Source of the DNA: a virus
IMG/VR virus record: IMGVR_UViG_3300032053_000008
Length of the DNA: 64,000 nucleotides
Direction: 5' to 3' (one strand)
Shown piece by piece: positions 28,979 to 39,361 of the stretch. Both the position numbers and the translations under genes were made by a program. The notes under the pieces are model-generated. The model saw nothing but the letters and a program-made list of their open reading frames with translations, made no database searches and was not told the DNA's origin. Each line of letters begins with the position of its first letter. The first letter of the stretch is position 1.

Positions 28979-31125
28979 AATTTACCTTTTATGTATGAAG
29001 TAGCCTGGGTTCTTATGTCTGTTGGACTTATCGCTTGTCCAGTTATTCGTTTTTGGACTTCAGTTAAACCTGGTCCTGGAGTATTTGTGGCGTATATACC
29101 AACAGTGTCTAAGCTAACATAATGAGGTGAGTTTTGCACATTGCTTAAACTAGAGGCAATTACACCATGGCTAAGTCCGTATGTGGTACGAAACTGTTTA
29201 GTACCATTTTTACCTAAAGTCGCTGAATGATTAATTGATTCAATATGAAAAAGAAGCCCTCTAACTTCTAAATTGTCTCCCTCAGCTACAGGTAAACTAC
29301 ACCCTATGGTTGTTAGTTCTCCTTTAGCTTTTAGGTGACCATTAAATTTCCAATCAGCCTGCATTTTTGCCCATATTGGAGAAAAAGTGAAAGTTAGGGA
29401 GTTATCTGGACTCATATCAAAAGGAGTGGACATAACGAAAGCTCTGGTACCATGTCTTTGTATATCAAGTTCATCAACTACGTAATTTCCAAGTCTTAAC
29501 TGTGAGGCCGTTTTAGTATCCTGGTTAAGGGCTTGATCTCCAACAAAAGTCAAACTACCTGTTGTTCCTGTGATTTGGACAAAGTTTATTCTTTCCGCTT
29601 CATCCGTGTGCCAAGTGAAATCAGTTATTAAAGCTTCATCTACAATCCATCTAGGGAGATTGCCATAATAGGTTCTAAGATCAGCTACAGCTCCTGAAGG
29701 GGAGTTTTGGCTACTAAAAGCTTTAGCTCCACCTATTTTAGAAGCTGCAGCACTTGCCGCAGCAGCAGCCTTACCAGCAGCTCCTGGCAAATTATCAAAA
29801 AAGCTAGATGAAGAGTCTGCTTTAGTTTGATCATAGCTAAATATGTTTGGATTGGTTTCAGATTGATCTTGGTCTACTTGAATGTTCATTTTATTAGTTT
29901 CGGTAATTTTTTTCCAATTACCAGTACTAAATGGAACCTCTCTAACTATAAGTTGAGGTCTTATTTGACCTTTGTGATCCAACTTTAAAGATGTATACAT
30001 TTCATTTGACACCGGGTTCAAATAATCGCTCAATGTTTCCCAGACAGACTTATTGTTCCATTCTGGGGATATAAATGGGGTATAACCCTTACACCTAGAT
30101 GAAGTTAAATGAAAAAAATTAGACTGAGCTTTTGGATCATTTAGTCCACCAACAGCCTGGTCGTTTATAGCAGGTGCAAATTTTTTAAACCATGTTGGTC
30201 CACTAGATTGACTATACGTCTGAAGTCCTAGATATATTTGATATATATCCCATATTTTACCAGGATCTATACTTAAAATCTGAAAAACATGTTTAGTTGG
30301 TAAAATAACCTTAGACACCGTTCCTCTAATACCTGTCACCTTGTCAGCATCAGCTGGACTTGAAACCCCAAGACAAGTTAAAAAGAGTAGTCCTATAACT
30401 ATATCTGGAGTTTTCTTTTGTGTGTCCGGTTCAAGTAGTATCTTATAGACATTACTAGCCAAAGTGGCTATATTTGAGTCAACAATAGAGCCAAGAAGAC
30501 TTAAAAAGTTTGTTTGTTGTTGCGCTATCTGGGAAACTGGTGAAGATCCTGTTTTTTGGACTTCCAGTGATTTGATGGACAAATCAGGAGGAAATAAATA
30601 ATACAAAGATGAAGCCATTTCAAGAAAAGCTTGAGCTTGTATTGAACAGCTAACTGTCCTTACTCCGCCTGACATATTGTCAGACATGCTGGTGCTAGTT
30701 ACTCGACCCATAAACTTGAAACCGGATCGATAACTATTCAGTTTACCTTTGGGACTATAACCCGGATCTGATCTTACTTTACCTAATTCTATGGCAACCG
30801 TTTTAGCGTCTTCTTGGTTGTCATTAATCCAAATAAAACACCAATCACCATTATTGATCAAAACTGGGTAATTTACGTTTGTTATTTTGAGGTTTATGTT
30901 GGCCATTTTACCAAAAGAGCTTTTGGAATTGGATATATTAACCGCTATTGCATCATTTTCTACAATAACCAAAGGTTCTGGTTCATTAACGCTTACATTT
31001 GATGGGGCATAAGCGCTGATAGGGTCTTTGTAACGACTAAAAGCTACAGTCCAGGTTGGAGTATAGCTGGAATATTGGCCAGTTACGTTGGGCGACAAAA
31101 ATGTATATGGACAGCTTCTTTGCAT
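28975..31125 (-). CDS. baseplate hub protein
   Basis: Between tape measure and spike; F.G.V.S near the N-terminus, G......GDN....G..FHIESI.H near the C-terminus. Confidence 0.7.
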   Translation of the reverse strand: MQRSCPYTFLSPNVTGQYSSYTPTWTVAFSRYKDPISAYAPSNVSVNEPEPLVIVENDAIAVNISNSKSSFGKMANINLKITNVNYPVLINNGDWCFIWINDNQEDAKTVAIELGKVRSDPGYSPKGKLNSYRSGFKFMGRVTSTSMSDNMSGGVRTVSCSIQAQAFLEMASSLYYLFPPDLSIKSLEVQKTGSSPVSQIAQQQTNFLSLLGSIVDSNIATLASNVYKILLEPDTQKKTPDIVIGLLFLTCLGVSSPADADKVTGIRGTVSKVILPTKHVFQILSIDPGKIWDIYQIYLGLQTYSQSSGPTWFKKFAPAINDQAVGGLNDPKAQSNFFHLTSSRCKGYTPFISPEWNNKSVWETLSDYLNPVSNEMYTSLKLDHKGQIRPQLIVREVPFSTGNWKKITETNKMNIQVDQDQSETNPNIFSYDQTKADSSSSFFDNLPGAAGKAAAAASAAASKIGGAKAFSSQNSPSGAVADLRTYYGNLPRWIVDEALITDFTWHTDEAERINFVQITGTTGSLTFVGDQALNQDTKTASQLRLGNYVVDELDIQRHGTRAFVMSTPFDMSPDNSLTFTFSPIWAKMQADWKFNGHLKAKGELTTIGCSLPVAEGDNLEVRGLLFHIESINHSATLGKNGTKQFRTTYGLSHGVIASSLSNVQNSPHYVSLDTVGIYATNTPGPGLTEVQKRITGQAISPTDIRTQATSYIKGKF

Positions 31126-31140
31126 TAAACTCTCTTACCG

Positions 31141-33534
31141 TTAATTGCCAGAATTCATTTTAAGCCATTTTTCTTGATTTTGTTTTCTTGATCCAGCTCC
31201 AGTAACTGGTCCTGCAGGCATTGGCTGTGTGTCTTGTCCAACAGCTTTCCTAAATTCTTCTAAAGTGTTTTGGGTAAACTTAGCAAATGCTTCACCAAGA
31301 ATTTCCCCAACCTGTTTACCAGAACTGCTAGCTTCTTTTGAAAAAGCATCAATAAGGGCGCTTTCCTGAGTTTTAGCTTCAGTTTCTTGTAACCTTGCTT
31401 GAGATGTTCCACCTATAGATACATTGCCGGATTTCATTTCAACAAAGTTGCCGGGTGACTCCATAGTGCCACCAATGTTTGACAGCATTTCGGGAGTAGT
31501 ACCCATACCTATTTTGCCAGTAGCGTCACCGGTAGCAGAATATGCTCCTCTAGTAGGCATACCATACTTTTTCAATATTTCGTCTGTTTTTTGTCCTTGA
31601 GGGGTATTAAGACCTAAAACATTTGACCTAGCTTGAGCCGCTTGAGTTCCAACACCCTGTATTTTAGCTTTAATTTCATCTATTGAATCAGAAGTATTGG
31701 TAGTTTCTTTAATTACTTTAGCAGCTGCATCTATTCTACCAGCCGCAATTTGTTTTTGCAATAAATCTGCCGTCATTGGATCTAGATTATAGCCATATAA
31801 AACCTTCATCATCCCAGCACCCAATAGGGTCTGAGGATTAGCTATTGCATTTTGCATCATTGAGTTGGCATTAGCTGCTACAGCCATTTTGTCTGAGGGG
31901 TTCATGTTCATCCCTTGCATAGACTGCAAAGCGCCCATAAACCTGCCACCAACCTCCTGTTCACTAACCGCTCCGCCAAATTGTCCTTGTATACCTGCCA
32001 TGATATTGGTGAATTGTTCTCTTTGGCCTAAACTACCCCTTAAGTCAAGGCCAGATCTTTGTCCTTGGCCCAAGAATTGCTCTAGCTTTCCTCTTTGCGT
32101 ATCCTTGTCAGACATTGATATTCGACGAAAAAACTCTTCGTTAGCTTGGTTACCTATACCTGTTTCCAGGCCACTTCTTAGCAAAACTGCTCCACCTCTA
32201 GCTAGAGATCCCCTGTCAATACCCATACGGCTAGCCATAGCTAGTCCTGAACCAGCTTCATCTAGTCCAATACCCTGCCTTAGTAACAGATCTTCTATTC
32301 CTCTGGCGTATCCGTGACCTTTTTCTATGTCCATTCGGCGCATAGTTGGGTTCATAATACTTCTAAGAGCGGCATTAGACGTGGCATTAAAGGCATCTAT
32401 TTCTGATTCAGAAGCTTTTGTTGCTTTTTCTTTTAGATAGGTTTGATTTTTCTTGTGAGCTTGTTCTTCGGTAAGCATACCAAGATTTGACCCAATATTA
32501 TTAAGTGTTACACCAATAACATTTGACAAACCTTCACCTAGACCCTTACCGGAACCCCAAGCACGACCTACATCACCAAATCCAGCCGAATCGCCCATTT
32601 TATCAAATATATTTTTGTCATCTAAGGCACCGAATCTACCCATACCCCTAGATTGCATGTAATATTGACCCATATTACCTTGCATAGCATCACTGTACAT
32701 ACTTTTATTTGATCTATAGTAGCTCTGCTCAGCTAGTTCATCTGCCGATCCAACGTAGTCTGCAGCTCTTTTTACGCCGTACCCAACTGCACCAGCCATA
32801 CTTACATATCTCATTAATGCCATCATAGCTGCAGGGCTAGCTCCGGCACCCATCATGCTACCCAATATTCCGGTAGCTGGTCCTTGAGGTCCCTGTGGGC
32901 CACCTGGGCCACCAAGAGCTGCTGCAGGGTCGCCATGTATGGCATTAGCTACGGTTGTGCCGATAGGCTGGTGCATCATTTGCACCATTCTAGCTTGACC
33001 ATAAAGATATTGATTTCTGGTCATCTCCTGTTGGCTAGCATTCATAAACCCTCTAGCGTCACCTAACTGGCTACGCAAATTTGGGTTACTAGGGTCACTA
33101 GCTAAAGATGTTTCTAGGTCTTTAATTTGGCTTTTAAATTCACCAATATTTAGGGCACTTGCGGCTAAACTTTTCTTTAGATTGTCTACTTGGAGACCAA
33201 GTACCGAAAAGATGCCACCTTTTTGTTCTGCAGCGGAAGCATTAAGCTCACTACGGAACTTGGAAAAAGTGGACATAAAAGAATGAAGTCCACCTTGAGT
33301 TTGGTTTAGTTGCTGGAGGGCTCCGGTAACATCTTTGATAGTCTTAGCTTGTTCTTTAAAGTAATTTAGGCTTTCGTCTTGGCGACCAGCGCCCTGAGGC
33401 TTAGTGATACCTTGCTGAGCTTTTGCCAGTCTTTCGGCAGCGGCAGCGTTTTCATTGAGCAATTTTTGTTGTTGCTCTAAGGCTTTGCTTATTTGTTCAA
33501 AACCGCTCGTGTTTGCTTCAAACGAGATTTTCAT
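31141..33534 (-). CDS. tape measure protein
   Basis: 797 aa, helical and A/G/Q/M-rich, downstream of the chaperone pair and upstream of the hub. Confidence 0.75.
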   Translation of the reverse strand: MKISFEANTSGFEQISKALEQQQKLLNENAAAAERLAKAQQGITKPQGAGRQDESLNYFKEQAKTIKDVTGALQQLNQTQGGLHSFMSTFSKFRSELNASAAEQKGGIFSVLGLQVDNLKKSLAASALNIGEFKSQIKDLETSLASDPSNPNLRSQLGDARGFMNASQQEMTRNQYLYGQARMVQMMHQPIGTTVANAIHGDPAAALGGPGGPQGPQGPATGILGSMMGAGASPAAMMALMRYVSMAGAVGYGVKRAADYVGSADELAEQSYYRSNKSMYSDAMQGNMGQYYMQSRGMGRFGALDDKNIFDKMGDSAGFGDVGRAWGSGKGLGEGLSNVIGVTLNNIGSNLGMLTEEQAHKKNQTYLKEKATKASESEIDAFNATSNAALRSIMNPTMRRMDIEKGHGYARGIEDLLLRQGIGLDEAGSGLAMASRMGIDRGSLARGGAVLLRSGLETGIGNQANEEFFRRISMSDKDTQRGKLEQFLGQGQRSGLDLRGSLGQREQFTNIMAGIQGQFGGAVSEQEVGGRFMGALQSMQGMNMNPSDKMAVAANANSMMQNAIANPQTLLGAGMMKVLYGYNLDPMTADLLQKQIAAGRIDAAAKVIKETTNTSDSIDEIKAKIQGVGTQAAQARSNVLGLNTPQGQKTDEILKKYGMPTRGAYSATGDATGKIGMGTTPEMLSNIGGTMESPGNFVEMKSGNVSIGGTSQARLQETEAKTQESALIDAFSKEASSSGKQVGEILGEAFAKFTQNTLEEFRKAVGQDTQPMPAGPVTGAGSRKQNQEKWLKMNSGN

Positions 33535-33556
33535 CTAACTTACCGATTTTATTAGG

Positions 33557-34024
33557 TTATTCACCAGACAAACTAAACTCTACTTCATCATCAAGATTAG
33601 GTGGAATTGCTTCAAACTCTTGTTTTGATTCGACTTTTTTGGCTTTTTCCTTGGCTTCTTTTTCCTCTTTAAGGATCTGTTGCCGCAACTCTTCCGCGTA
33701 GGTATCGTCTTCATTGTCTCTTTGGTCTACATGATCCTTAACTTTATCGTCCATTAAGCACAATATATTTTCACGGACCTTTAGCCAGTCTTCCCTCTTA
33801 GCGGCACTGTCTGGGTCTTGACCTTTGTCATATAAGGTCTTTAAAGTGTGTTCAAAGTAGTGGCGAATGACGTAGTCTTCAGGCAGATTCATTTCTACGT
33901 CATACAAAGGAGTAAAAAAAGTAGTGGAATACCACCTACATATACGGCGGTATTCATGTTCCCAGTCCATACTTTCTGTGGCAGCTAGTGCCAAGATTTG
34001 CATAGCTGCTAGGTCTAGAGTCAT
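33557..34024 (-). CDS. tail assembly chaperone (2)
   Basis: Directly upstream of the tape measure gene; RWYS..F.TPL motif and acidic tail. Confidence 0.6.
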   Translation of the reverse strand: MTLDLAAMQILALAATESMDWEHEYRRICRWYSTTFFTPLYDVEMNLPEDYVIRHYFEHTLKTLYDKGQDPDSAAKREDWLKVRENILCLMDDKVKDHVDQRDNEDDTYAEELRQQILKEEKEAKEKAKKVESKQEFEAIPPNLDDEVEFSLSGE

Positions 34025-34401
34025 TTGGCTAGTGTCTCTAAAGCTTTTTTAGCTTGTTCACGCAGTTTAGTGTTTTGTTCTTCGATTTTGGTGAGGATCT
34101 CATTATATAGCATATACAAAAGGTTATCGTCACCTTCAGGCAGGTCTAGCCCGTTGCTACTATCAGACCAAAACTTAGGAGCTTTTTCGATACGCACAGC
34201 CAATTGTCCAATAATAAAGGCATCGGTTTGCAGCTTAGGGGCTGGCTCGTTATTAAGTGGACTTGGTCCAAGGACCTCCCGGCGAATGGCATCTGCCCGG
34301 AATTGCTCTTTTTTAGTTAGTTGCAGCTTGACGGTAAAGTCGCCCATATATGGGGTACCGGTTGCTTCGCCTGTAGTATTGATAGATATAACTTCTTGCA
34401 T
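34021..34401 (-). CDS. tail assembly chaperone (1)
   Basis: Y.G.F.VK...L.V.I..AP.FW pattern; synteny. Confidence 0.65.
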   Translation of the reverse strand: MQEVISINTTGEATGTPYMGDFTVKLQLTKKEQFRADAIRREVLGPSPLNNEPAPKLQTDAFIIGQLAVRIEKAPKFWSDSSNGLDLPEGDDNLLYMLYNEILTKIEEQNTKLREQAKKALETLAK

Positions 34402-34425
34402 AACGTCTCCCGATTTGGTAAGGTT

Positions 34426-34454
34426 AGATTAACTTTTTGGGTGAGGTTTGTCAA
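34426..34454 (-). promoter_or_regulatory. sigma-70-like promoter of the chaperone/tape-measure operon
   Basis: TTGACA-N17-TAATCT. Confidence 0.55.
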
Positions 34455-34843
34455 TGAAACAAATACTGCTAACTGAACATGACAGTTTTGTCATTAAAGG
34501 CAATAAAATCCATTTGATAGTTACCGAAGAAAACGGACTTCAGCTTGATAAAATGGGTATTCCAAGCTATTTAGCGGAACCATCAATTAAATATATCAAT
34601 GGAGAAGATGCTATAAATGACATTAAATGGACTATATCTGACAATTTAGCGGAAAAAGGTTTTGTGCTGTTGAACACTAGCACAGAAGGGTTATATTTGA
34701 AAATGATTTACTATAACCTAGCTAACGGCATAGCTAGGTTAAAAAATGGCGAGACTTTGTTAGTGGGTGAGATTATTGAGCCGATCCGTTTGATTGGGGT
34801 TCAGCCACATCACGCTGAGGCGTATCGGAAGCTTGGACGCTAG
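34448..34843 (+). CDS. hypothetical protein
   Basis: 131-aa ORF with GAGG RBS (likely start ATG 34454). Confidence 0.65.
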   Translation: MSMKQILLTEHDSFVIKGNKIHLIVTEENGLQLDKMGIPSYLAEPSIKYINGEDAINDIKWTISDNLAEKGFVLLNTSTEGLYLKMIYYNLANGIARLKNGETLLVGEIIEPIRLIGVQPHHAEAYRKLGR

Positions 34844-35168
34844 GTTCACTTGAATCAAGTTCAATACTTTTGTTATCTAGATCAATCTTAGCTTTGTCTA
34901 GACTGCGGAACATGTACAAAATAGTCGCTATAGCCCAACACATAGCAGTAGTAATGGTAGCCGTCAGCTGATTGTCATGTTGGTGCAAAGACCACAAACT
35001 AGCTAGAGTGGCCAAAAAGAACCCATAAGCAAAAGTGGTAGTTACGCTAGGGCGGCCAGCTTTTGGGTCAAATATCATAGGCGCTTTAATATCATGGAGC
35101 AAAGTCAGCATGTCAAACAGTTTAGACTGGACAGAAGTTAATAGGGACACTAAAACCTTAGGTAACAT
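34773..35168 (-). CDS. two-TM holin-like membrane protein
   Basis: DPK.GRPSVT.T followed by two TM helices; GGAG RBS before ATG 35168. Confidence 0.55.
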   Translation of the reverse strand: MLPKVLVSLLTSVQSKLFDMLTLLHDIKAPMIFDPKAGRPSVTTTFAYGFFLATLASLWSLHQHDNQLTATITTAMCWAIATILYMFRSLDKAKIDLDNKSIELDSSEPSVQASDTPQRDVAEPQSNGSAQ

Positions 35169-35328
35169 TTCTTACTCCGAAGCTACGTATGTGTCAAAAG
35201 TCCCTGGAGGGGTTTTGTATAGGGTGGATTGGTTTGTTATTGATATTGCCGGACAATATCTTGATAGCGGCAAAACAGTGACATTTGCACCAAAATCTAC
35301 AAGTAAAATTAGGGAGTTTCAGGTATGA
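35110..35328 (+). CDS. small hypothetical protein (KVPGG.L motif)
   Basis: MSNSLDW...KVPGGVLYR...TFAPK; coupled to the next ORF. Confidence 0.55.
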   Translation: MSNSLDWTEVNRDTKTLGNISYSEATYVSKVPGGVLYRVDWFVIDIAGQYLDSGKTVTFAPKSTSKIREFQV

Positions 35329-35513
35329 CCAAGGATAACTTAATCAAATTGGGCAGTTATAAAAAAGAAGTCCATGAAAAAGAAGAGATCTTACGTTGGC
35401 AAAAAGAACAAAAAACAGCCCAACGTTGGAGATTTGCTGGTGTTTGTATAATGTTTGTCAGCGCTATTGGTGTTACCGTGTCTTTAAGTCTGTTATTTTC
35501 TAAATTGTTCTAA
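35325..35513 (+). CDS. small C-terminally anchored membrane protein
   Basis: 62 aa with a C-terminal hydrophobic helix. Confidence 0.6.
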   Translation: MTKDNLIKLGSYKKEVHEKEEILRWQKEQKTAQRWRFAGVCIMFVSAIGVTVSLSLLFSKLF

Positions 35514-35537
35514 AGTTTTTCCAAAAATAGCCGATAA
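35511..35537 (+). promoter_or_regulatory. sigma-28-type promoter
   Basis: Perfect TAAAGTTT-N11-GCCGATAA. Confidence 0.85.
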
Positions 35538-35739
35538 GAGTTTTAGAAGCGGTTGAAATATACGCGACACAAGATTTGGTAGCCATATGCGATAAAAGTA
35601 TTGAAATATACAAGAAAGAATACTCAGAGAAGTAAGCCCGTTGGTCTTAAATCAATAGGTGTTGCTGCCTTATTCAGCATTAACCCCGGCCCGAATCCGC
35701 CTTAACCAAATGAGGCTTGCAATTAGCAAAGGAGATAAT

Positions 35740-36438
35740 ATGCTAAAGTTTTTACCGGTTTTTTTGTTTTTGGTTGGATGTCTTGGCACTAATAAAATAA
35801 TTAACAATTATTCCACCTACCCTGCGTATTATAGTCAATATGATTCAGATTTCCGTAATATTGTTATGGATTTTGAAGTTGATGCAGCTATGCAAAACTC
35901 ACCAGCAGATATAAAAAATATCAAATTAATCAAAATGGTAGAGGGTGAAATAGTTGGTAATGATCCAAACAATCCATTACCTATAAACGTTATCGCTATT
36001 TGCCAAAGACAAAATAACAACACCAATAACTATATACATGTAGAAATTAGCTGGTGGTATGATGCTTCAGATTATCAGAGAAAACAGGTTTTGTATCATG
36101 AACTCGGGCACTGTAGCACGCTAAGTCTAGGTCACAATGATACCAAATTTAAATGGTCTTGCGGTATTGGGTATAGCATTATGAAATCTAGTGCTGTTCC
36201 TGGCATTATAATGGAAAAATGTTGGCCAAGTATGGTGCAAGAGCTTTTTGACCCTCAATACAAGGCCATAACCGACAACAATGATTGTAAAAATGATGTA
36301 TGTAGTGTAAAAAAACAAGAAGAACTGAGTCCAGGAGAATTGTTGTGGTGGGCTGTGGTTACTTATGGCTATGGGATCTTTATTATTGTAACTTTGATGT
36401 GGATTTTGGCGATGTTATTTGAAAAGGGAGACCGCTAA
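35740..36438 (+). CDS. zincin metallopeptidase lipoprotein
   Basis: Lipobox LVGC, HELGHC..L.H Zn motif, SIM Met-turn, C-terminal TM; start ATG 35740 after AAGGAGA. Confidence 0.8.
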   Translation: MLKFLPVFLFLVGCLGTNKIINNYSTYPAYYSQYDSDFRNIVMDFEVDAAMQNSPADIKNIKLIKMVEGEIVGNDPNNPLPINVIAICQRQNNNTNNYIHVEISWWYDASDYQRKQVLYHELGHCSTLSLGHNDTKFKWSCGIGYSIMKSSAVPGIIMEKCWPSMVQELFDPQYKAITDNNDCKNDVCSVKKQEELSPGELLWWAVVTYGYGIFIIVTLMWILAMLFEKGDR

Positions 36439-36771
36439 TTTAATGGCTGCTCCAAGGGCTCCAGGAGCCACTGTACCGATAGCTACGGTAAGTATAACTA
36501 ATGTGGCCCTGTGAACCCAAACCTCTTTGGTCCAGCGTTTTGATTGTTCTGCCACTGGTTTAAGTTTTTCGTCTATTGAACGAAAAAATGCTGTATCTTC
36601 TTGAACATGTTGATCTAAACGAAGCTGTACTTGGGGGAATTGTGTGTCAAATTTGGTACTTAGCTCAGCTTGACCTATTTCTACGCCACGAAGGCGGTCG
36701 TCTATTTTTTCCATTTTGGTGTCAACTTTATTAATAGCCGCCATCAAAGTGTCAAACTTTTGTTCATCCAT
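36415..36771 (-). CDS. coiled-coil protein with C-terminal TM (holin-like)
   Basis: MDEQKF... heptad pattern followed by one TM; last gene of the fibre operon. Confidence 0.55.
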   Translation of the reverse strand: MDEQKFDTLMAAINKVDTKMEKIDDRLRGVEIGQAELSTKFDTQFPQVQLRLDQHVQEDTAFFRSIDEKLKPVAEQSKRWTKEVWVHRATLVILTVAIGTVAPGALGAAIKLAVSLFK

Positions 36772-36796
36772 GATTAGTCCCCCTACCAACTAAAAA

Positions 36797-37324
36797 TTAG
36801 GTTTTGGCTATGTAACCAGCTTTTTGAATATTGTTTTCTACCCATGAAGGTCCGCCCTGTTCAGCATAAGATAAATCGATATTTGGTAACAATCTACTTA
36901 CCTTAAGTACGTTTGCACAAAACTCGCTGCAAACCATAGTATCAGGTCCATCTCTAAGCGGGTTTTTTATGTTTTTACCTAAAAATCCCGCAAACTTAAC
37001 CAAAGCCATACCCAACAACTGTTTGTAGCCATATGGATTACCAGACACATTATTGATAAAGATTAAAACATTTTTGATGTCTTTATGGTCAAAAACATCA
37101 AAACAATATTCTTTGATTATGATATTTTTATGAATATTGACAAAGTTGTCTTTAGTTAGTGTATGGATGTTCCATTCAGCGGCCTGCAGAACAATATCTT
37201 GACCAGTTAAAGGGTGGATGTAACTAATATAGCAATGAGAATAAGGCCTTTGTTCGGCCCAACGCAAAAGTTTTGAAAAAAGTAAATTTCTTTTGCTAAA
37301 CCCAACCTTTAGTTGCATGTTCAT
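36797..37324 (-). CDS. permuted papain-like amidase (NlpC/P60 YaeF/YiiX type)
   Basis: YSHCYI (His) precedes G.PY and CSEFCA (catalytic Cys), the permuted order. Confidence 0.8.
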   Translation of the reverse strand: MNMQLKVGFSKRNLLFSKLLRWAEQRPYSHCYISYIHPLTGQDIVLQAAEWNIHTLTKDNFVNIHKNIIIKEYCFDVFDHKDIKNVLIFINNVSGNPYGYKQLLGMALVKFAGFLGKNIKNPLRDGPDTMVCSEFCANVLKVSRLLPNIDLSYAEQGGPSWVENNIQKAGYIAKT

Positions 37325-37827
37325 GTCCTTGGCATTCCAAGATAGTCTTGGATTCGGTTTCTAAAAAAGGCTAATTTAGCTTCTGTGATAAGAGTACCAT
37401 CCGGAACAACTTTTGTTAATTCGTCTAAAGCTACATAAAGAGATCCGGTCGAAATAGCAGCCTGAACGCCAGCTGTAGCTACAACAATAGATTTAATTTG
37501 TTCAATATTGTATCCAGACAAAGTATTTTGAGCACCGTAGTCTGCAATAAGATCTCTACCAAAGTTCATGGCATTGATAATTTTATTTTTAACAGTGTTG
37601 ATCATTATAGTAGAGGTTTGCGCAGTTTGATATGCAGTATACCATGCATGATAAGTATCGCGATGAGTCGCAACATACGCAGAATATTCTGCTTGCGTCA
37701 TAGTAAGCCAACCTGACGCAGCGTTTTCGCCATCAGCCAGCGCTTTAACCTCACACGGCCACACGCCCGGAATATTATCGGGATTTTGGGACGGAGATAA
37801 TTCAGAATAAAGAAGAACTGCTAACAT
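37321..37827 (-). CDS. tail fibre-associated hypothetical protein (possible chaperone)
   Basis: Directly downstream of a fibre gene. Confidence 0.55.
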   Translation of the reverse strand: MLAVLLYSELSPSQNPDNIPGVWPCEVKALADGENAASGWLTMTQAEYSAYVATHRDTYHAWYTAYQTAQTSTIMINTVKNKIINAMNFGRDLIADYGAQNTLSGYNIEQIKSIVVATAGVQAAISTGSLYVALDELTKVVPDGTLITEAKLAFFRNRIQDYLGMPRT

Positions 37828-37837
37828 ATTAATTTCC

Positions 37838-39334
37838 TTATCTTTCTTGTATCCACATACACCAGTCTAGGTTTACTAAACTTGAAGTGGTTGAGTTGCC
37901 GCCAATTTTGTTCACCTTAGCAACCGGTCTCATTACAGCGGCAGCTAATGGGATGTTTGTCGTAGAACTACCAATCAGCACATATCCAGAACCAGAGTCT
38001 ACATAAAAATCTACGTTTGTTCTTGTGGCGTTTACTTCAGCTCTAACTTTATACCAAGCGTTAATTGCTATAGCTATTGTTGAGTTAACGGTTGTAGAGG
38101 TTGATGCGTTTCTTGTAATACCTTGCCATTGACCGGCGTTGATTCCAGATGAATAAACAAAATAAACACCGTTAATAGGATCACCAATAGTTACGGTGTC
38201 TTGAATACCAAGCCGAACTTCGTAAGTAATAGCGCCAGTGGATAATACCGGAACTCTGACTCTCCACTCTATTGTGGTGGGGCCAGTCCCAAGAGAAATT
38301 TTATTTATGTTGTTAAATGCAGATATTGCTGCAGTACCCGTGTTGATATTGTTTGTACCTGTGGCAACTGTTATGATACCAATCGGATCACCAGAAGCGG
38401 CGGCGGCATTAATGGTAGTAGCGCCACCTGCGTTGACTGTAGATGCCCAATCAAAAGGGTTGCCGCCAGCTCCGATAGTTGCCCAATTAAAATCATCGAA
38501 ATTGTATTTAGGAAAGCTTAAGTCGCGCCACGCGCCGCCGCGATAAAAATCAAAACCAACACCATTAAACCTGATGTTTCCATTGGTTGTGTCGGTAGAG
38601 TTACCAGGACGAATAGCATCAGTGGTAGAAATTTGTCCAGATACTTGCAGTTTAGTTGAACCATCATCAATTGTGGTACCAATTAAAACACGGCCAGAGG
38701 CGTGAATTCTTAATCTTTCCGATTCTGCCAAAGAACCGATAGGAGTCGTATAAAGTGCAATATGAGTTCCCATTGCACTATTAGTAAAGGTTTCTGCAGC
38801 AATAAAAGCGATTGAACCAGTTTGATTTGCATTAAATTGCGATGTTCCATATCCAATTGCATCGAACTCAGCAAATACTTGACCGGAAGTAATGGCGGTT
38901 GGGGAACCAACTGTACCGTTGGCTTTTCTTACGGTAATAACTGAAGCATTAGCTCCATAGCCGTCTACAAAAGCGCCATTATCCCCGGCAGTAGTATTAG
39001 CTACCACACTTAATGGCCTTAATGGTGTGTTTGTGCCAATACCAAGTCGGCTGTTAGTTTGGTCCCAAAATAGGTTGGTATTATTTTGGCTTATTGCTCC
39101 GGTAGAATTACTAAAAAGCACAGAGCCAGTAGTAAAAGCGCTAGATTGACTTGCAGTTAAAGACCAGGCAGTGTCGGCTGCTCCAACCTTAAGATAAGAA
39201 AAACCAACACTACCACTATTAAAGAAAGCTCTAGAGCCAATAGGGGCAGATGTTCCTGCTGCAGCGCCAGGATCTGCATCTACTTCTAGTAGCAGTATCT
39301 GGTTAAGAGTAACTTGCCCAGTTATTAAAGCCAT
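37838..39334 (-). CDS. tail fibre protein
   Basis: RLGIGTNTP and ERLRI..SG.V.IG fibre motifs; C-terminal lectin-like beta-sandwich. Confidence 0.8.
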   Translation of the reverse strand: MALITGQVTLNQILLLEVDADPGAAAGTSAPIGSRAFFNSGSVGFSYLKVGAADTAWSLTASQSSAFTTGSVLFSNSTGAISQNNTNLFWDQTNSRLGIGTNTPLRPLSVVANTTAGDNGAFVDGYGANASVITVRKANGTVGSPTAITSGQVFAEFDAIGYGTSQFNANQTGSIAFIAAETFTNSAMGTHIALYTTPIGSLAESERLRIHASGRVLIGTTIDDGSTKLQVSGQISTTDAIRPGNSTDTTNGNIRFNGVGFDFYRGGAWRDLSFPKYNFDDFNWATIGAGGNPFDWASTVNAGGATTINAAAASGDPIGIITVATGTNNINTGTAAISAFNNINKISLGTGPTTIEWRVRVPVLSTGAITYEVRLGIQDTVTIGDPINGVYFVYSSGINAGQWQGITRNASTSTTVNSTIAIAINAWYKVRAEVNATRTNVDFYVDSGSGYVLIGSSTTNIPLAAAVMRPVAKVNKIGGNSTTSSLVNLDWCMWIQER

Positions 39335-39361
39335 GTAGAGCTTCCTTTAGTGTATCAATTA

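Noticed and set aside
33557-34401. Programmed frameshift between tail chaperones
   Set aside because: The genes overlap by an ordinary ATGA and I see no clear slippery heptamer at the junction.
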